A stretch of 63,699 bases of DNA, filler included. It is 5 parts of 5 records of this genome, joined end to end, with 100 filler letters (N's around TTAATTAATTAA, not from the genome) between each part and the next. Parts side by side here need not be neighbours in the genome. Positions count along the whole stretch, not along the records: positions 21,016 to 28,059 come from DRR723986_6441; positions 28,160 to 38,142 come from DRR723986_6442; 3 more parts are not named here. One strand, given 5' to 3'. The notes under the pieces are model-generated. The model was not told the origin of the DNA, did no database searches, and was given only the letters and a program-made list of their open reading frames with translations. Positions 25,051 to 35,122 of this stretch are shown piece after piece. The first letter of the stretch is position 1. Each line of letters begins with the position of its first letter. Both the position numbers and the translations under genes were made by a program.

Positions 25051-26234
25051 TTCAGCACGCCGCAGGCTTTGCCCGCATTTTCAAATGCAACCAAGGCGCG
25101 GTCCAGCTCATCCCGAGTGAGGGCTGCGTTCATCTGGGTTCTGATCCGCGCCTGCCCGCGCGGCACCACCGGAAAGAAGAAACCGGAGACATAGACGCCC
25201 TCTTCAAACAATCGCGCCGCCATGTCCTGCGCCAGCTGTGCCTCGCCCAGCATCACGGGCACAATCGGATGTTCCCCCGGCAGCAGATCAAAGCCAAGCT
25301 GTTCTAGACCGGCGCGCCAATAGGCGGTGTTTTCAAACAGCTTGGTCCGCAGATCATCACCCTGCATCACCAGATCCAACGCCTTGATCCCCGCCGCCAC
25401 GATGGACGGGGGCAGGGAATTGGAAAACAGATAGGGCCGCGCCCGTTGGCGCAGCAGATCAATCACCGGCTGCGGTCCGGCGATATACCCGCCAATGGCC
25501 CCGCCCAGCGCCTTGCCCAAAGTGCCGGTCAACACGTCCACATCCACGCCAAAATGCGCTGGCGTTCCTGCGCCCTGTGGACCCATGAAGCCGGTGGAAT
25601 GGCAATCATCGACCATCACCAGCGCCTCATACTTTTGCGCGAGCGCGGCAATCTGAGGCAGTTTGGCCAGATAACCATCCATCGAGAACACACCGTCGGT
25701 GGCGATCATGATGAATCTTGCGCCGTCCTCACGGGCCTGTTTCAGTTGCCCTTCAAGATCGGCCATATCGCTGTTGGCATAGCGATAGCGTTTCGCCTTG
25801 CAGAGCCGGATGCCGTCAATGATCGACGCATGGTTCAACGCATCGGAGACGATGGCATCTTCTGGACCAAGAAGCGGCTCAAAAAGACCGCCGTTGGCAT
25901 CAAAACAAGCGGCAAAGAGGATCGAATCGTCCTTGTTCAGAAACGCCGCAAGCTTTTGTTCCAACTCGCGGTGAATGTCCTGGGTGCCGCAGATAAACCG
26001 CACGGAGGCCATGCCGAACCCTTTGGGGTCCATCGCGGCTTCGGCGGCTTGAATGAGGTCGGGGTGATCGGCCAGGCCGAGGTAATTGTTGGCACACAGG
26101 TTGATCACCTTGCGATCGCCCACGGTGATCTCGCCGCCCTGCGGCGAGGTGATCAGACGTTCGCGTTTCATCATGCCTTCGGCGTCAATCTGCGCGAGCG
26201 TTTTGGTGATATGGTCAAGATAGGCTTGGGTCAT
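25047..26234 (-). CDS. kbl: 2-amino-3-ketobutyrate CoA ligase (glycine C-acetyltransferase)
   Basis: 'CANNYLGL', 'SVRFICGT', 'GTLGKALGG', 'RPYLFSN'; AGGAG RBS. Confidence 0.97.
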   Translation of the reverse strand: MTQAYLDHITKTLAQIDAEGMMKRERLITSPQGGEITVGDRKVINLCANNYLGLADHPDLIQAAEAAMDPKGFGMASVRFICGTQDIHRELEQKLAAFLNKDDSILFAACFDANGGLFEPLLGPEDAIVSDALNHASIIDGIRLCKAKRYRYANSDMADLEGQLKQAREDGARFIMIATDGVFSMDGYLAKLPQIAALAQKYEALVMVDDCHSTGFMGPQGAGTPAHFGVDVDVLTGTLGKALGGAIGGYIAGPQPVIDLLRQRARPYLFSNSLPPSIVAAGIKALDLVMQGDDLRTKLFENTAYWRAGLEQLGFDLLPGEHPIVPVMLGEAQLAQDMAARLFEEGVYVSGFFFPVVPRGQARIRTQMNAALTRDELDRALVAFENAGKACGVLK

Positions 26235-26256
26235 GATGAGGCTCCTTTGCAGACCC

Positions 26257-26325
26257 TCTATCATACCGGACACATTTCCGAAATAGCAGAAATCTACTAT
26301 CACGGATTTTTTCCGTCATTGTGGA
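26257..26325. promoter_or_regulatory. Array of four palindromic operators upstream of kbl
   Basis: TCTATCATACCGGA, TCCGAAATAGCAGA, TCTACTATCACGGA, TCCGTCATTGTGGA. Confidence 0.65.
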
Positions 26326-26328
26326 ATA

Positions 26329-26895
26329 TTAGGCGTCCTGTACCACAAGAAATGCCCGCGCCGCGCCGCCTTGTGCGGTGATCTTGTGATGCAAATCTGC
26401 CGCATAGCGGGCGGTATCGCCCTGCTCCAACCGGCTGCTGGCCTCTCCGCTGATCACTTCGACAACGCCGCTGACGACAGTCAGGTGTTCGCGTGCGCCG
26501 CGCGTGTGCGGCTGGCTGTCCAGAACGCCGCCTGCATCCATCAACAACTCATAAACCTCATGTTTCCCGGCCTCTTCGGGCGGGGACAGGATGCGAATGC
26601 GGCAGCCACTGCCCAGGTTATTGATCGTCGGGACATCTGCGGCCCGCAACACTTCGATCAAGTCTTTGGCAGGGGCACCATCAAGCAATCCGGCAAAATC
26701 CACCTGCAAAGCCCGTGTAAGATTCCACAATGTCGCAATGGTCGGGCTGGATTCGCCGCGTTCGATCTGGCTGACCATGGAACGGGACACGCCAGAAAGC
26801 TTGGCCACTGCATCCAGTGACAAACCCTGACTTTGCCGCGCTTCTTTGAGGCGGGCGGGCAAATGGGTTAGGATAGCGTCATCGTTTTCCGTCAT
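26329..26895 (-). CDS. XRE-family HTH + cupin transcriptional regulator
   Basis: 'LSLDAVAKLSGVSRSMVSQIERGESSPT' HTH; C-terminal cupin 'SQPH...EHL'. Confidence 0.9.
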   Translation of the reverse strand: MTENDDAILTHLPARLKEARQSQGLSLDAVAKLSGVSRSMVSQIERGESSPTIATLWNLTRALQVDFAGLLDGAPAKDLIEVLRAADVPTINNLGSGCRIRILSPPEEAGKHEVYELLMDAGGVLDSQPHTRGAREHLTVVSGVVEVISGEASSRLEQGDTARYAADLHHKITAQGGAARAFLVVQDA

Positions 26896-26901
26896 GACGG
26901 A
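26888..26901. promoter_or_regulatory. Perfect palindromic operator over the XRE start codon
   Basis: TCCGTCATGACGGA. Confidence 0.6.
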
Positions 26902-27021
26902 CAGATGCGCCTTGGCCGCAGACAAAGTCAAGAGAATGGGCACATGCCTGTGACGGTACGTCCCTCCTGACAATGGCCGCCCTCCGCCCCATACTCGCCA
27001 CAACTGAGATAGGAGAGACCC

Positions 27022-28059
27022 ATGACCAACGAGATCGTGATACTGGGCGGTGCACGCACCGCCATCGGGACATTTGGCGGCGCATTGGCCGCAACACCCC
27101 CGACAGAGCTGGGCCGGATTGTCGCCGCCGAGGCGATGCAGCGGGCGGGCGTCGCACCCGATCAGATCGGGCATGTGGTGTTTGGCAATGTGATCAACAC
27201 CGAACCGCGCGATATGTATCTGTCCCGCGTTGCAGCACGGGAGGCCGGTGTGCCCGATGAGGTGCCCGCAATGAACGTGAACCGCCTGTGCGGATCAGGG
27301 GTACAGGCGGTCGTGTCGGCAGCGCAGAACCTGATGCTGGGCGATGCCGATTTCGCCCTCGCGGGCGGTTCTGAGAGCATGTCGCGTTCGCCTTACATCA
27401 TGCAAAACGCCCGCTGGGGCCAGAAAATGGGCGATGTGCGGACGCTCGATATGATGCTGGGAACCCTGAACTGTCCGTTTGGCACGGGCCACATGGGGGT
27501 GACGGCCGAAAACGTCGCAGCCGAACATGACATCAGCCGCGCCGATCAAGACGGTTTTGCGCTGTCCAGTCAGGAACGCGCCGCTGCGGCAATTGCAGCA
27601 GGTTATTTCAAGGACCAGATCGTGCCGGTCGAGGTAAAGGTGAAACGTGACACGGTCGCCTTTGACACGGACGAGCATCCCAAAGCGACATCAGCAGAGG
27701 CGCTGGCCGGCCTGCGCCCTGCCTTTCAGAAAGACGGCAGCGTGACTGCCGGAAACGCCAGCGGCATCAACGACGGCGCCGCGGCAATGGTTCTGGCCAC
27801 AGCATCCGCCGCAGAACGTGCGGGTCTGACACCACGCGCACGGATTTTGGGTTATGCCCATGCAGGCGTGCGGCCAGAGGTGATGGGCATCGGGCCGGTG
27901 CCAGCGGTGCAGAACCTGTTGGAGCGGACCGGATTGAAAGCGGCCGATTTTGACGTGATCGAAAGCAACGAGGCTTTTGCCTCGCAAGCTCTGGCCGTGA
28001 CCAAGAACCTTGGCTTTGATCCGGCCATCGTGAACCCCAATGGCGGCGCGATTGCCTTG
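27022..28059 (+). CDS. Acetyl-CoA C-acyltransferase (thiolase, BktB-like; 3' truncated)
   Basis: 'NRLCGSG', 'TAGNASGINDGA', 'NEAFA', 'NPNGGAIAL'. Confidence 0.93.
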
Positions 28060-28159
28060 NNNNNNNNNNNNNNNNNNNNNNNNNNNNNNNNNNNNNNNNN
28101 NNNTTAATTAATTAANNNNNNNNNNNNNNNNNNNNNNNNNNNNNNNNNNNNNNNNNNNN
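28060..28159. other. Artificial contig linker
   Basis: N-run + TTAATTAATTAA + N-run. Confidence 0.98.
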
Positions 28160-28160
28160 G

Positions 28161-28433
28161 ACCAACCACGAAGAAAGCCAGCCCTGCCATTTGCAGCTGC
28201 GCGACCCCTCTGTGCCCATTGCGGTAAACCTGCCCAAATACGCCGAACCCGCGCAGCGCTATTGCCCTGCAGGTGTGTATGAGGTGGTGCAGGAAGAGGG
28301 CAAAGACCCGCGCTTTGTGGTGAATTTCCAAAACTGCGTGCATTGCAAAACCTGCGATATCAAAGACCCCAGCCAAAATATCAACTGGGTCACGCCGCAG
28401 GGCGGTGACGGGCCGAATTACCCCAATATGTAA
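28161..28433 (+). CDS. ETF-ubiquinone oxidoreductase, C-terminal 4Fe-4S part
   Basis: '[11 protein letters not shown]', 'CPAGVYE', '[13 protein letters not shown]'. Confidence 0.93.
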   Translation, partial: TNHEESQPCHLQLRDPSVPIAVNLPKYAEPAQRYCPAGVYEVVQEEGKDPRFVVNFQNCVHCKTCDIKDPSQNINWVTPQGGDGPNYPNM

Positions 28434-28593
28434 TCGCGCGGCTGATGGCATGCGTATTTCGCGGGCGGCCCTTTGGGGCTGCCCGTTGTTTTTTGTAAAA
28501 TGCCTGTGCACTGGGGCAAATGGCGGGGGTGGTGCATTGCGTTTGCTGCTGCGCACGCTACTCTTGGGTCAATTGGTAATAGGAGATCCGCAG

Positions 28594-30315
28594 GTGAGCA
28601 TCGCGCGCTTTGGGCTTTCACGTTGGGCACTGGCCCTTTCCCTGTCATTGGCCCTGCCGGCGCCGGTGCTGGCGCAGGGCCTGGCGGGGGCCTATCTGGC
28701 GGGGCGACAAGCGGCCTATCAAAACGACTACAGCGCCGCGGCCGATTATTTTACCCGCGCCTTGGCGCGTGATCCGTCGAACCCGGCGTTGTTGGAAAAT
28801 GCCACCATCGCGCATGTCTCGGCCGGGCGGATCGACCGCGCGCTGCCCATTGCCCGCAAGATCACCGCCGATGGCCCGCCCAGCCAGGTGGGGCAGATGG
28901 TGATGGTGCTGGATGATATCGACCGCGGCGATTATGCCACCTTGCTGAACCGTATCAGCGAAGACCGGGCCATCGGCCCGCTGGTGGATGGGCTGATCGG
29001 GGCCTGGGCACATCTGGGCATGGGCGATGCGCGCGCGGCCCTTGCGGCCTTTGATGATTTGGGGCGCACGCGTGGCTTGGGCGGGTTTGCGGCCTACCAC
29101 AAGGCGCTGGCCTTGGCCTCGGTTGGGGATCTCGAAGGCGCCGAGGCCCTGTTTGCGGATGCCCAAAACAGCAATATGCAAATGACGCGGCGCGGGGTTA
29201 TCGCGCATCTGAGCATTCTCAGCCAGCTGGGGCGGCAGGCCGATGCCGTGGCCATGCTCGATACGCTTTTTGGCGCCGATCTTGACCCAGAGCTGCGCCA
29301 GATACAGGCGCTTTTGCAGGCCGGCCAAGCGGTGCCCTACACCACCGCCCGCGATGCCCGCGAAGGCATGGCCGAGGTGTTTTATACCGTGGCCGGCGCC
29401 TTGCTGAACGAGGCCGCAGATGATTTCACCCTGCTTTACGCCCGCATGGCCCAGTTTCTGCGCCCCTCCCATACCGATGCGGTGCTGATGGCGGCAAATC
29501 TTTTGGATAATCTGGAACGCTACGATCTGGCAGTCACCGCCTTTAAATCGGTGCCGCGCGATGACCCGTCGTATCACGCCGCCGAACAGGGCCGCGCCGA
29601 GGCGTTGCGCAAAGATGGCCGCATTGATGCCGCCGCCGAAGTGCTGGGGCAATTGGCCGAAACCCATGGCGATATCGCCTCGGTGCATTCGGCGCTGGGC
29701 GATTTGATGCGCCAGATGAAAGACTGGGACAGGGCCGCGGCCGCCTATGGCCGGGCGCTTGCGCGCTATGACAGCGCCGATCGCACACAATGGTTTGTCT
29801 ATTATGCCCGCGCCATCAGCTATGAGCGCATGGGCGATTGGCCCCGCGCCGAGGCCGATTTTCGCCGCGCCTTGGAATTGAACCCGGAACAGCCGCAGGT
29901 GCTAAACTATCTGGGCTATTCGCTGGTGGAAAAGCACCAAAAGCTGGACGAGGCGCTGGATATGATCGAACGCGCCGTCGCCGCGCGCCCCGATAGTGGC
30001 TATATCGTCGATAGTTTGGGTTGGGTGCTGTACAAACTGGGCCGCTACAGCGAGGCGGTGGTGCATATGGAGCGCGCCACCGAATTGATGCCGGTGGATC
30101 CGGTGGTAAACGATCATCTGGGTGATGTGTATTGGGCCGTGGGCCGCAAGCGCGAGGCGCAGTTTCAGTGGCGCCGGGCGCTGTCGTTTGTGGATGGCTC
30201 GGAATCGGCCGATGATGTTGACCCAGATCGCATTCGCCGCAAAATCGAGGCCGGTCTTGACCAGGTGCTGGCCGAAGAGGGGGCGCCGCCCTTGAAGATT
30301 GCCAATGACAATTAA
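28594..30315 (+). CDS. Periplasmic tetratricopeptide repeat protein
   Basis: Signal peptide, multiple TPRs, 'LNYLGYS', 'DSLGW', 'DHLGDVYW'; usual position upstream of ispE. Confidence 0.9.
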   Translation: MSIARFGLSRWALALSLSLALPAPVLAQGLAGAYLAGRQAAYQNDYSAAADYFTRALARDPSNPALLENATIAHVSAGRIDRALPIARKITADGPPSQVGQMVMVLDDIDRGDYATLLNRISEDRAIGPLVDGLIGAWAHLGMGDARAALAAFDDLGRTRGLGGFAAYHKALALASVGDLEGAEALFADAQNSNMQMTRRGVIAHLSILSQLGRQADAVAMLDTLFGADLDPELRQIQALLQAGQAVPYTTARDAREGMAEVFYTVAGALLNEAADDFTLLYARMAQFLRPSHTDAVLMAANLLDNLERYDLAVTAFKSVPRDDPSYHAAEQGRAEALRKDGRIDAAAEVLGQLAETHGDIASVHSALGDLMRQMKDWDRAAAAYGRALARYDSADRTQWFVYYARAISYERMGDWPRAEADFRRALELNPEQPQVLNYLGYSLVEKHQKLDEALDMIERAVAARPDSGYIVDSLGWVLYKLGRYSEAVVHMERATELMPVDPVVNDHLGDVYWAVGRKREAQFQWRRALSFVDGSESADDVDPDRIRRKIEAGLDQVLAEEGAPPLKIANDN

Positions 30316-31135
30316 CGAATTTGCGGGTGCAAAGGTAAATCTTTGCCTGCATGTCACCGGCCTGCGCGACGACGGCTATCACCTGCTGGATAGTGTGGTG
30401 ATGTTTGCCGATCTGGGCGATCAGCTGCAGATCAGCCTGCGCCCGGGCCGGGATGTTACGCTGCGCATCACCGGGCCAATGGCGCAAGGGGTTCCTGAGG
30501 GGCCAGAAAACCTGGTGGTGCGCGCCGCCCAATCGATGGGGTTGGGCTGCGAATTGCATTTGGAAAAACATCTGCCTGCAGCGGCGGGCATTGGTGGCGG
30601 CTCGGCCGATGCGGCGGCCACGTTGCGCGGGCTTTCGCGCGCCAGCGGTCAGCCCCTGCCTGCTGACCGGGGCCTGGCCCTGGGCGCCGATGTGCCGGTG
30701 TGTTTGCAGCCACATGCCGCCCGCATGCAAGGTATTGGCCAGCATGTCACCCCGCTGCCCATGCCTGCGCTACATGCGGTTTTGGTCAACCCGCGGGTGG
30801 CGGTGCCCACGGCGGCGGTGTTTCAGGGCTTGGCGCAGAAAACCAACCCAGCCTTGCCAGATGCGATACCGGCCTTTGCCAGCGCCGCTGCGGCCTGCGC
30901 GTGGCTTGCCCAGCAAAGAAACGACCTAGAGGCGCCAGCGCTGCAGGTGCAGCCCGTGATCGGGCAGGTTTTAGCCGCCCTGCAGGCCCAGCCGGGGCTG
31001 TGGCTGGCGCGCATGTCAGGCTCGGGCGCGACCTGCTTTGGGGTGTTTTCCGGGGCCGATAGGGCGGCAGCGGCGGCCCGTGCGATACAAACAGCACAGC
31101 CCGGCTGGTGGGTGGGCGCCTGCCGATTATCTTAG
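30305..31135 (+). CDS. ispE: 4-diphosphocytidyl-2-C-methyl-D-erythritol kinase
   Basis: 'AKVNLCLHV..R.DGYH', 'AAGIGGGSADAA', 'RMSGSGATCF'. Confidence 0.95.
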   Translation: MTINEFAGAKVNLCLHVTGLRDDGYHLLDSVVMFADLGDQLQISLRPGRDVTLRITGPMAQGVPEGPENLVVRAAQSMGLGCELHLEKHLPAAAGIGGGSADAAATLRGLSRASGQPLPADRGLALGADVPVCLQPHAARMQGIGQHVTPLPMPALHAVLVNPRVAVPTAAVFQGLAQKTNPALPDAIPAFASAAAACAWLAQQRNDLEAPALQVQPVIGQVLAALQAQPGLWLARMSGSGATCFGVFSGADRAAAAARAIQTAQPGWWVGACRLS

Positions 31136-31155
31136 GCGGATTGGCCAACTGGCCC

Positions 31156-32157
31156 TTAGTTTATCCGCGCCACCACGTAATCGGCCAGATCGATCAGCAT
31201 CTGGCGCAATGGGCTTTCGGGTAGGCAGGATAGCGCCGATTTCGACCGTGCAGCCCAGGCCAGCGCCTGATCGCGGGTGGCATCCAGCGCGCCATGTTTG
31301 TGCAAAAGCGCGATGGCATGATCCAGATCGCCCGCCTCTTGTTTGCCGCGCTCGATCGTGCGCACCCAAAAGGCGCGCTCGGCCTCATCGGCCTTGGCAA
31401 TGGCCTTGATCAGCGGCAGCGTCAACTTGCGTTCGCGGAAATCATCGCCCACATTTTTGCCCGTTGATTGGCTGTCGCCTTGGAAATCCAGCAGATCATC
31501 CACAATCTGAAAAGCAATGCCCAAGGCATCGCCATACTCAAACAGCGCTTGCACCTGTTCCTCGGGGGCGCCGGCAATAACGCCGCCCGCCTCGGTTGCG
31601 GCAGAAAACAGGGCGGCGGTTTTGCCGCGCACAACCTGCAGGTAAATGCCCTCGTCCGTGGCCAGATCTTGGGCCGCTGTCAGCTGCAGCACCTCGCCTT
31701 CGGCAATGGTGGCCGCGGCGTTTGACAAAATCTCCAGCACCCGCAGGTTGCCCGGCTCGACCATCAGCTGAAAGGCGCGGGCAAACAGGTAATCGCCCAC
31801 CAAAACGCTTGATTTGTTATCCCACAGCAGGTTTGCCGTGGGCCGCCCGCGGCGCTGGCTGCTTTCGTCAACCACATCATCGTGCAACAGCGTGGCGGTG
31901 TGAATAAATTCAACCGTGGCCGCCAGATGGATATCAAATGGCCCCTCATACCCGCACATGCGCGCCGCTGCCAAAACCAGCATGGGGCGCACGCGCTTGC
32001 CGCCTGCCTCGACCAGATGGGCCGTGACCTGGGGGATGCGGGGGGCATGTTTGCTGGCCATGCGGGCGCGGATCAGCGCGTTGACCGCCTCCATCTGGGG
32101 GGCAAGATACGCGGCCAGTTGCTGGTGCGGTTTTGTTTCTGGTTGATCCAAACTCAT
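31156..32157 (-). CDS. ispB: Polyprenyl (deca/octaprenyl) diphosphate synthase
   Basis: 'GGKRVRP', 'LLHDDVVD..RRG', 'FQIVDDLLD'. Confidence 0.9.
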   Translation of the reverse strand: MSLDQPETKPHQQLAAYLAPQMEAVNALIRARMASKHAPRIPQVTAHLVEAGGKRVRPMLVLAAARMCGYEGPFDIHLAATVEFIHTATLLHDDVVDESSQRRGRPTANLLWDNKSSVLVGDYLFARAFQLMVEPGNLRVLEILSNAAATIAEGEVLQLTAAQDLATDEGIYLQVVRGKTAALFSAATEAGGVIAGAPEEQVQALFEYGDALGIAFQIVDDLLDFQGDSQSTGKNVGDDFRERKLTLPLIKAIAKADEAERAFWVRTIERGKQEAGDLDHAIALLHKHGALDATRDQALAWAARSKSALSCLPESPLRQMLIDLADYVVARIN

Positions 32158-32211
32158 CTCATCCCCGTGCGGCGGCTTTCATTTTTGGGCGCGCCATCTT
32201 ATTTATGCGCC

Positions 32212-32427
32212 ATGGAACAGCTGTTACGCACCACAAACATCACCACGATTGCCTATGCGCAGGCCCTGCTGCAAGGCGAGGGTATAGACTGCTTTGAAAT
32301 GGACGTAAATATGAGCATCCTCGAAGGCTCGATCGGCATTTTGCCGCGCCGCCTGATGGTGCGCCGTGCCGATTTGCCCCGCGCGCAGCAGGTGATGGCC
32401 GATAACGGAATTGCGCTGGATGGCTAA
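32212..32427 (+). CDS. DUF2007 domain protein
   Basis: 'MEQLLRTTN...LEGSIGILPRRLMV'. Confidence 0.8.
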   Translation: MEQLLRTTNITTIAYAQALLQGEGIDCFEMDVNMSILEGSIGILPRRLMVRRADLPRAQQVMADNGIALDG

Positions 32428-33232
32428 GGGGGGCGCCACCGAGGGCGCCATAAAGGGCACCACACAGGGGCCAGATGCCGGGGCAGGGCTGACCCAGGAT
32501 AAATTCCTGGGCGGCCGCTTGCAGGTGTGGCAGCCCGAAACCGGCTATCGGGCGGGGGTTGATCCGGTGCTATTGGCCGCCAGCGTGCCTGCCTGCGCCA
32601 GCACTGTGCTAGAACTGGGCGCAGGCGTTGGCGTGGCCAGCCTGTGCCTGGCCCGCAGGCTGGCCCATGCGCAGGTATATGCGCTGGAATTGCAGCCCGA
32701 TTATGCCGCGCTGGCGCAGCGCAATGCACAGGAAAACGGCCTGCCGATCACAGTGTATCAGGGCGATTTGGTGCAGATGCCCGCGCCCTTGCGGCAAATG
32801 CGCTTTGATCATGTCATCGCCAACCCGCCCTATTTTTTGCGCGATCGCAGCCTGCCTGCGCAAGATAAGGGGCGCGAAACTGGCATGGGTGAAGGTGTGG
32901 CATTGGCCCAATGGGTGCGGGCCGCGGCCCGGCGCACCCGCGACCGGGGGCATGTAACGTTCATCTGCCGGGTCGAGCGCCTGCCCGAGCTGGTGGCGCT
33001 GTTTAGCCAATATCTGGGCTCGGTCGAGGTGCAGCCCATCACCCCCCGAAAGGGGCGCGAAAGCCAGCTGGTGTTGATCCGGGGCCGCAAGGGGGGGCGC
33101 GCGGCCTTTCGCCTGCATGCGGGGCTGGTGATGCATCAAGGCCACCAGCATACGGGCGATCGCAACAGCTATACCCCGGCCATTCAGGCCGTGTTGCAGG
33201 CCGGCGCCGCACTGCCCTGGGGGGGCGGCTAG
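32420..33232 (+). CDS. tRNA1(Val) A37 N6-methyltransferase-like SAM methyltransferase
   Basis: 'GYRAGVDPVLLA', 'LELGAGVG', NPPY. Confidence 0.88.
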   Translation: MAKGGATEGAIKGTTQGPDAGAGLTQDKFLGGRLQVWQPETGYRAGVDPVLLAASVPACASTVLELGAGVGVASLCLARRLAHAQVYALELQPDYAALAQRNAQENGLPITVYQGDLVQMPAPLRQMRFDHVIANPPYFLRDRSLPAQDKGRETGMGEGVALAQWVRAAARRTRDRGHVTFICRVERLPELVALFSQYLGSVEVQPITPRKGRESQLVLIRGRKGGRAAFRLHAGLVMHQGHQHTGDRNSYTPAIQAVLQAGAALPWGGG

Positions 33233-33311
33233 CCTGCGGCAAGCTGTCCGTTTGAACCGTGCCGCATACGCCCCATCTTTGGCATGCGAACAAGACAAAC
33301 AGGAGAGCAAA

Positions 33312-33443
33312 ATGTTCAAAGGGCTAACCAGATCTGCCATTATCATCAACCTGGCCATGGTGGGCGTGCCGGCGCTGATGATGATGGCGATGGACGGGCA
33401 AGATTGGTTCGAGCGCTTCCAATTGATGAGCCCCTTCTTCTAA
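33312..33443 (+). CDS. Small hypothetical membrane protein (43 aa)
   Basis: AGGAGAG RBS, ATG, one hydrophobic helix. Confidence 0.5.
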   Translation: MFKGLTRSAIIINLAMVGVPALMMMAMDGQDWFERFQLMSPFF

Positions 33444-33589
33444 GAGGGCGCTGTTCCATGGCCCCTTGCGGGCCTGCACCCGGGGCGGCCCTGTGCCGCC
33501 CTTTTGCATTGGTTGCACTTTGGTTGCGCACTGGTTGCGCAAGGGCGGGCTTTGGGCGTAACTGTTGGCGGCAAACGGGGGAATATGAC

Positions 33590-34996
33590 ATGCAGGCACT
33601 CAACGACAGCTTTTTGGGCGCGCTGCAGGGGGTTGTCGATGCGCGTGCCCTGCGCCCCGTATCGGCCCGGTATCTGGAAGAGCCGCGTGGCCGCTGGCAG
33701 GGCCAGGCGGGCGCGGTTGTGGCCCCGGCCGATGTGGGGCAGGTTTCGGCCGTGTTGGCGCTGTGCAATGCCCATGGTGTGGGGGTTGTGCCCTACGGGG
33801 GCGGCACGGGCCTGGTGGGTGGGCAGGTGATGCCCGATGGCCCCGCGCCGCTGATTTTGTCGCTCGAGCGGATGAATAGCATTCGTGCCGTCTACCCCGA
33901 GGAAAACGTGCTGGTGGCCGAGGCAGGTGCGATCTTGCAAGATATCCACACCGCGGCCGAGGCTGAAAACCGCCTCTTTCCGCTGTCGATCGCGGCCAAG
34001 GGCAGCGCGCGGATTGGCGGCAATTTGGCCACCAACGCCGGCGGTGTGAATGTGCTGCGCTATGGCAATGCGCGCGATTTATGCCTGGGGCTAGAGGTGG
34101 TTTTGGCCGATGGGCGGGTGATCAACGGGCTGACACGGCTGCGCAAAGACAATACAGGCTATGATCTGCGCAACCTGATGATCGGCTCTGAGGGCACATT
34201 GGGGGTGATCACGGCGGCGGCGCTGAAATTATTTGCCCAGCCCGCCGATACCGGCACCGCGCTGATGGCCGTGGGCAGCCCAAGCGATGCCTTGGCGCTT
34301 TTGGCCATGGCGCGCGCCCATGTGGGCGAGGGGCTTAGCGCCTTTGAGCTGATGCACCGCACCGGCCCCGAATTTCTGGCCGAAAAGCTGCCCGACATCC
34401 GCCTGCCCTTTGCCGATATTCCCGAATGGTTCGTGCTGATCGATCTGGGCTTGCCGCGCGGGCTGAAAGCCACCGACGCGCTAGAGGCGCTGTTTGCGGC
34501 CGCGTTTGAGGCGGGGTTGGTGCAAGATGGGGTGATTGCCCAAAGCCAGGCACAACGCCACGCATTCTGGGAGGTGCGCGAACAAATTCCCGAGGCAAAC
34601 CGGCGTGTCGGCTCGATCTCAAGCCATGATATCAGCTTGCCCCTGGGCGGCGTTGCCGAATTTATCGCGCGCGGCACAGAAATGCTGGCCGCCATGGGCG
34701 ATATGCGGGTAAATTGCTTTGGCCATTTGGGCGATGGCAACCTGCATTACAATGTGTTTCCAGCCGCTGGCCGCGACAAGGGCCAGTATGAAAACCTGCG
34801 CGAAGCGATACAGGAAAAAGTGCATGATCTGGTGCATGCCATGGGCGGATCGGTCAGCGCGGAACATGGGATTGGGCGGCTTAAGGTGGGCGATCTGCAA
34901 CGCTATGGCGATCCGGTAAAGCTGGCCATGATGCGCCAGATCAAAGCGGTGTTTGACCCAAATGGCATTTTGAACCCGGGCGCTGTGCTGGGGTAG
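33590..34996 (+). CDS. FAD-binding oxidoreductase (D-2-hydroxyacid dehydrogenase-like)
   Basis: 'PYGGGTGLVGG', 'LRKDNTGYDL', 'GSEGTLG', 'GHLGDGNLH', 'SAEHGIG'. Confidence 0.92.
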   Translation: MQALNDSFLGALQGVVDARALRPVSARYLEEPRGRWQGQAGAVVAPADVGQVSAVLALCNAHGVGVVPYGGGTGLVGGQVMPDGPAPLILSLERMNSIRAVYPEENVLVAEAGAILQDIHTAAEAENRLFPLSIAAKGSARIGGNLATNAGGVNVLRYGNARDLCLGLEVVLADGRVINGLTRLRKDNTGYDLRNLMIGSEGTLGVITAAALKLFAQPADTGTALMAVGSPSDALALLAMARAHVGEGLSAFELMHRTGPEFLAEKLPDIRLPFADIPEWFVLIDLGLPRGLKATDALEALFAAAFEAGLVQDGVIAQSQAQRHAFWEVREQIPEANRRVGSISSHDISLPLGGVAEFIARGTEMLAAMGDMRVNCFGHLGDGNLHYNVFPAAGRDKGQYENLREAIQEKVHDLVHAMGGSVSAEHGIGRLKVGDLQRYGDPVKLAMMRQIKAVFDPNGILNPGAVLG

Positions 34997-35122
34997 GGGG
35001 CGCACAAATACGCGATCTAGCTGGCGTCTGAGCTTTGGGCGCCCCATTTGCCCGCAATAGCGGCGCAAGCCGCCCGCGCCGCGCGCGGCCCTGCTTTGAA
35101 CGTGGCCGGCAGGGCCAGCCCC

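Noticed and set aside
27022-28059. Thiolase as phaA of the pha cluster at 15443-20038
   Set aside because: Different contig across a linker; physical linkage cannot be inferred
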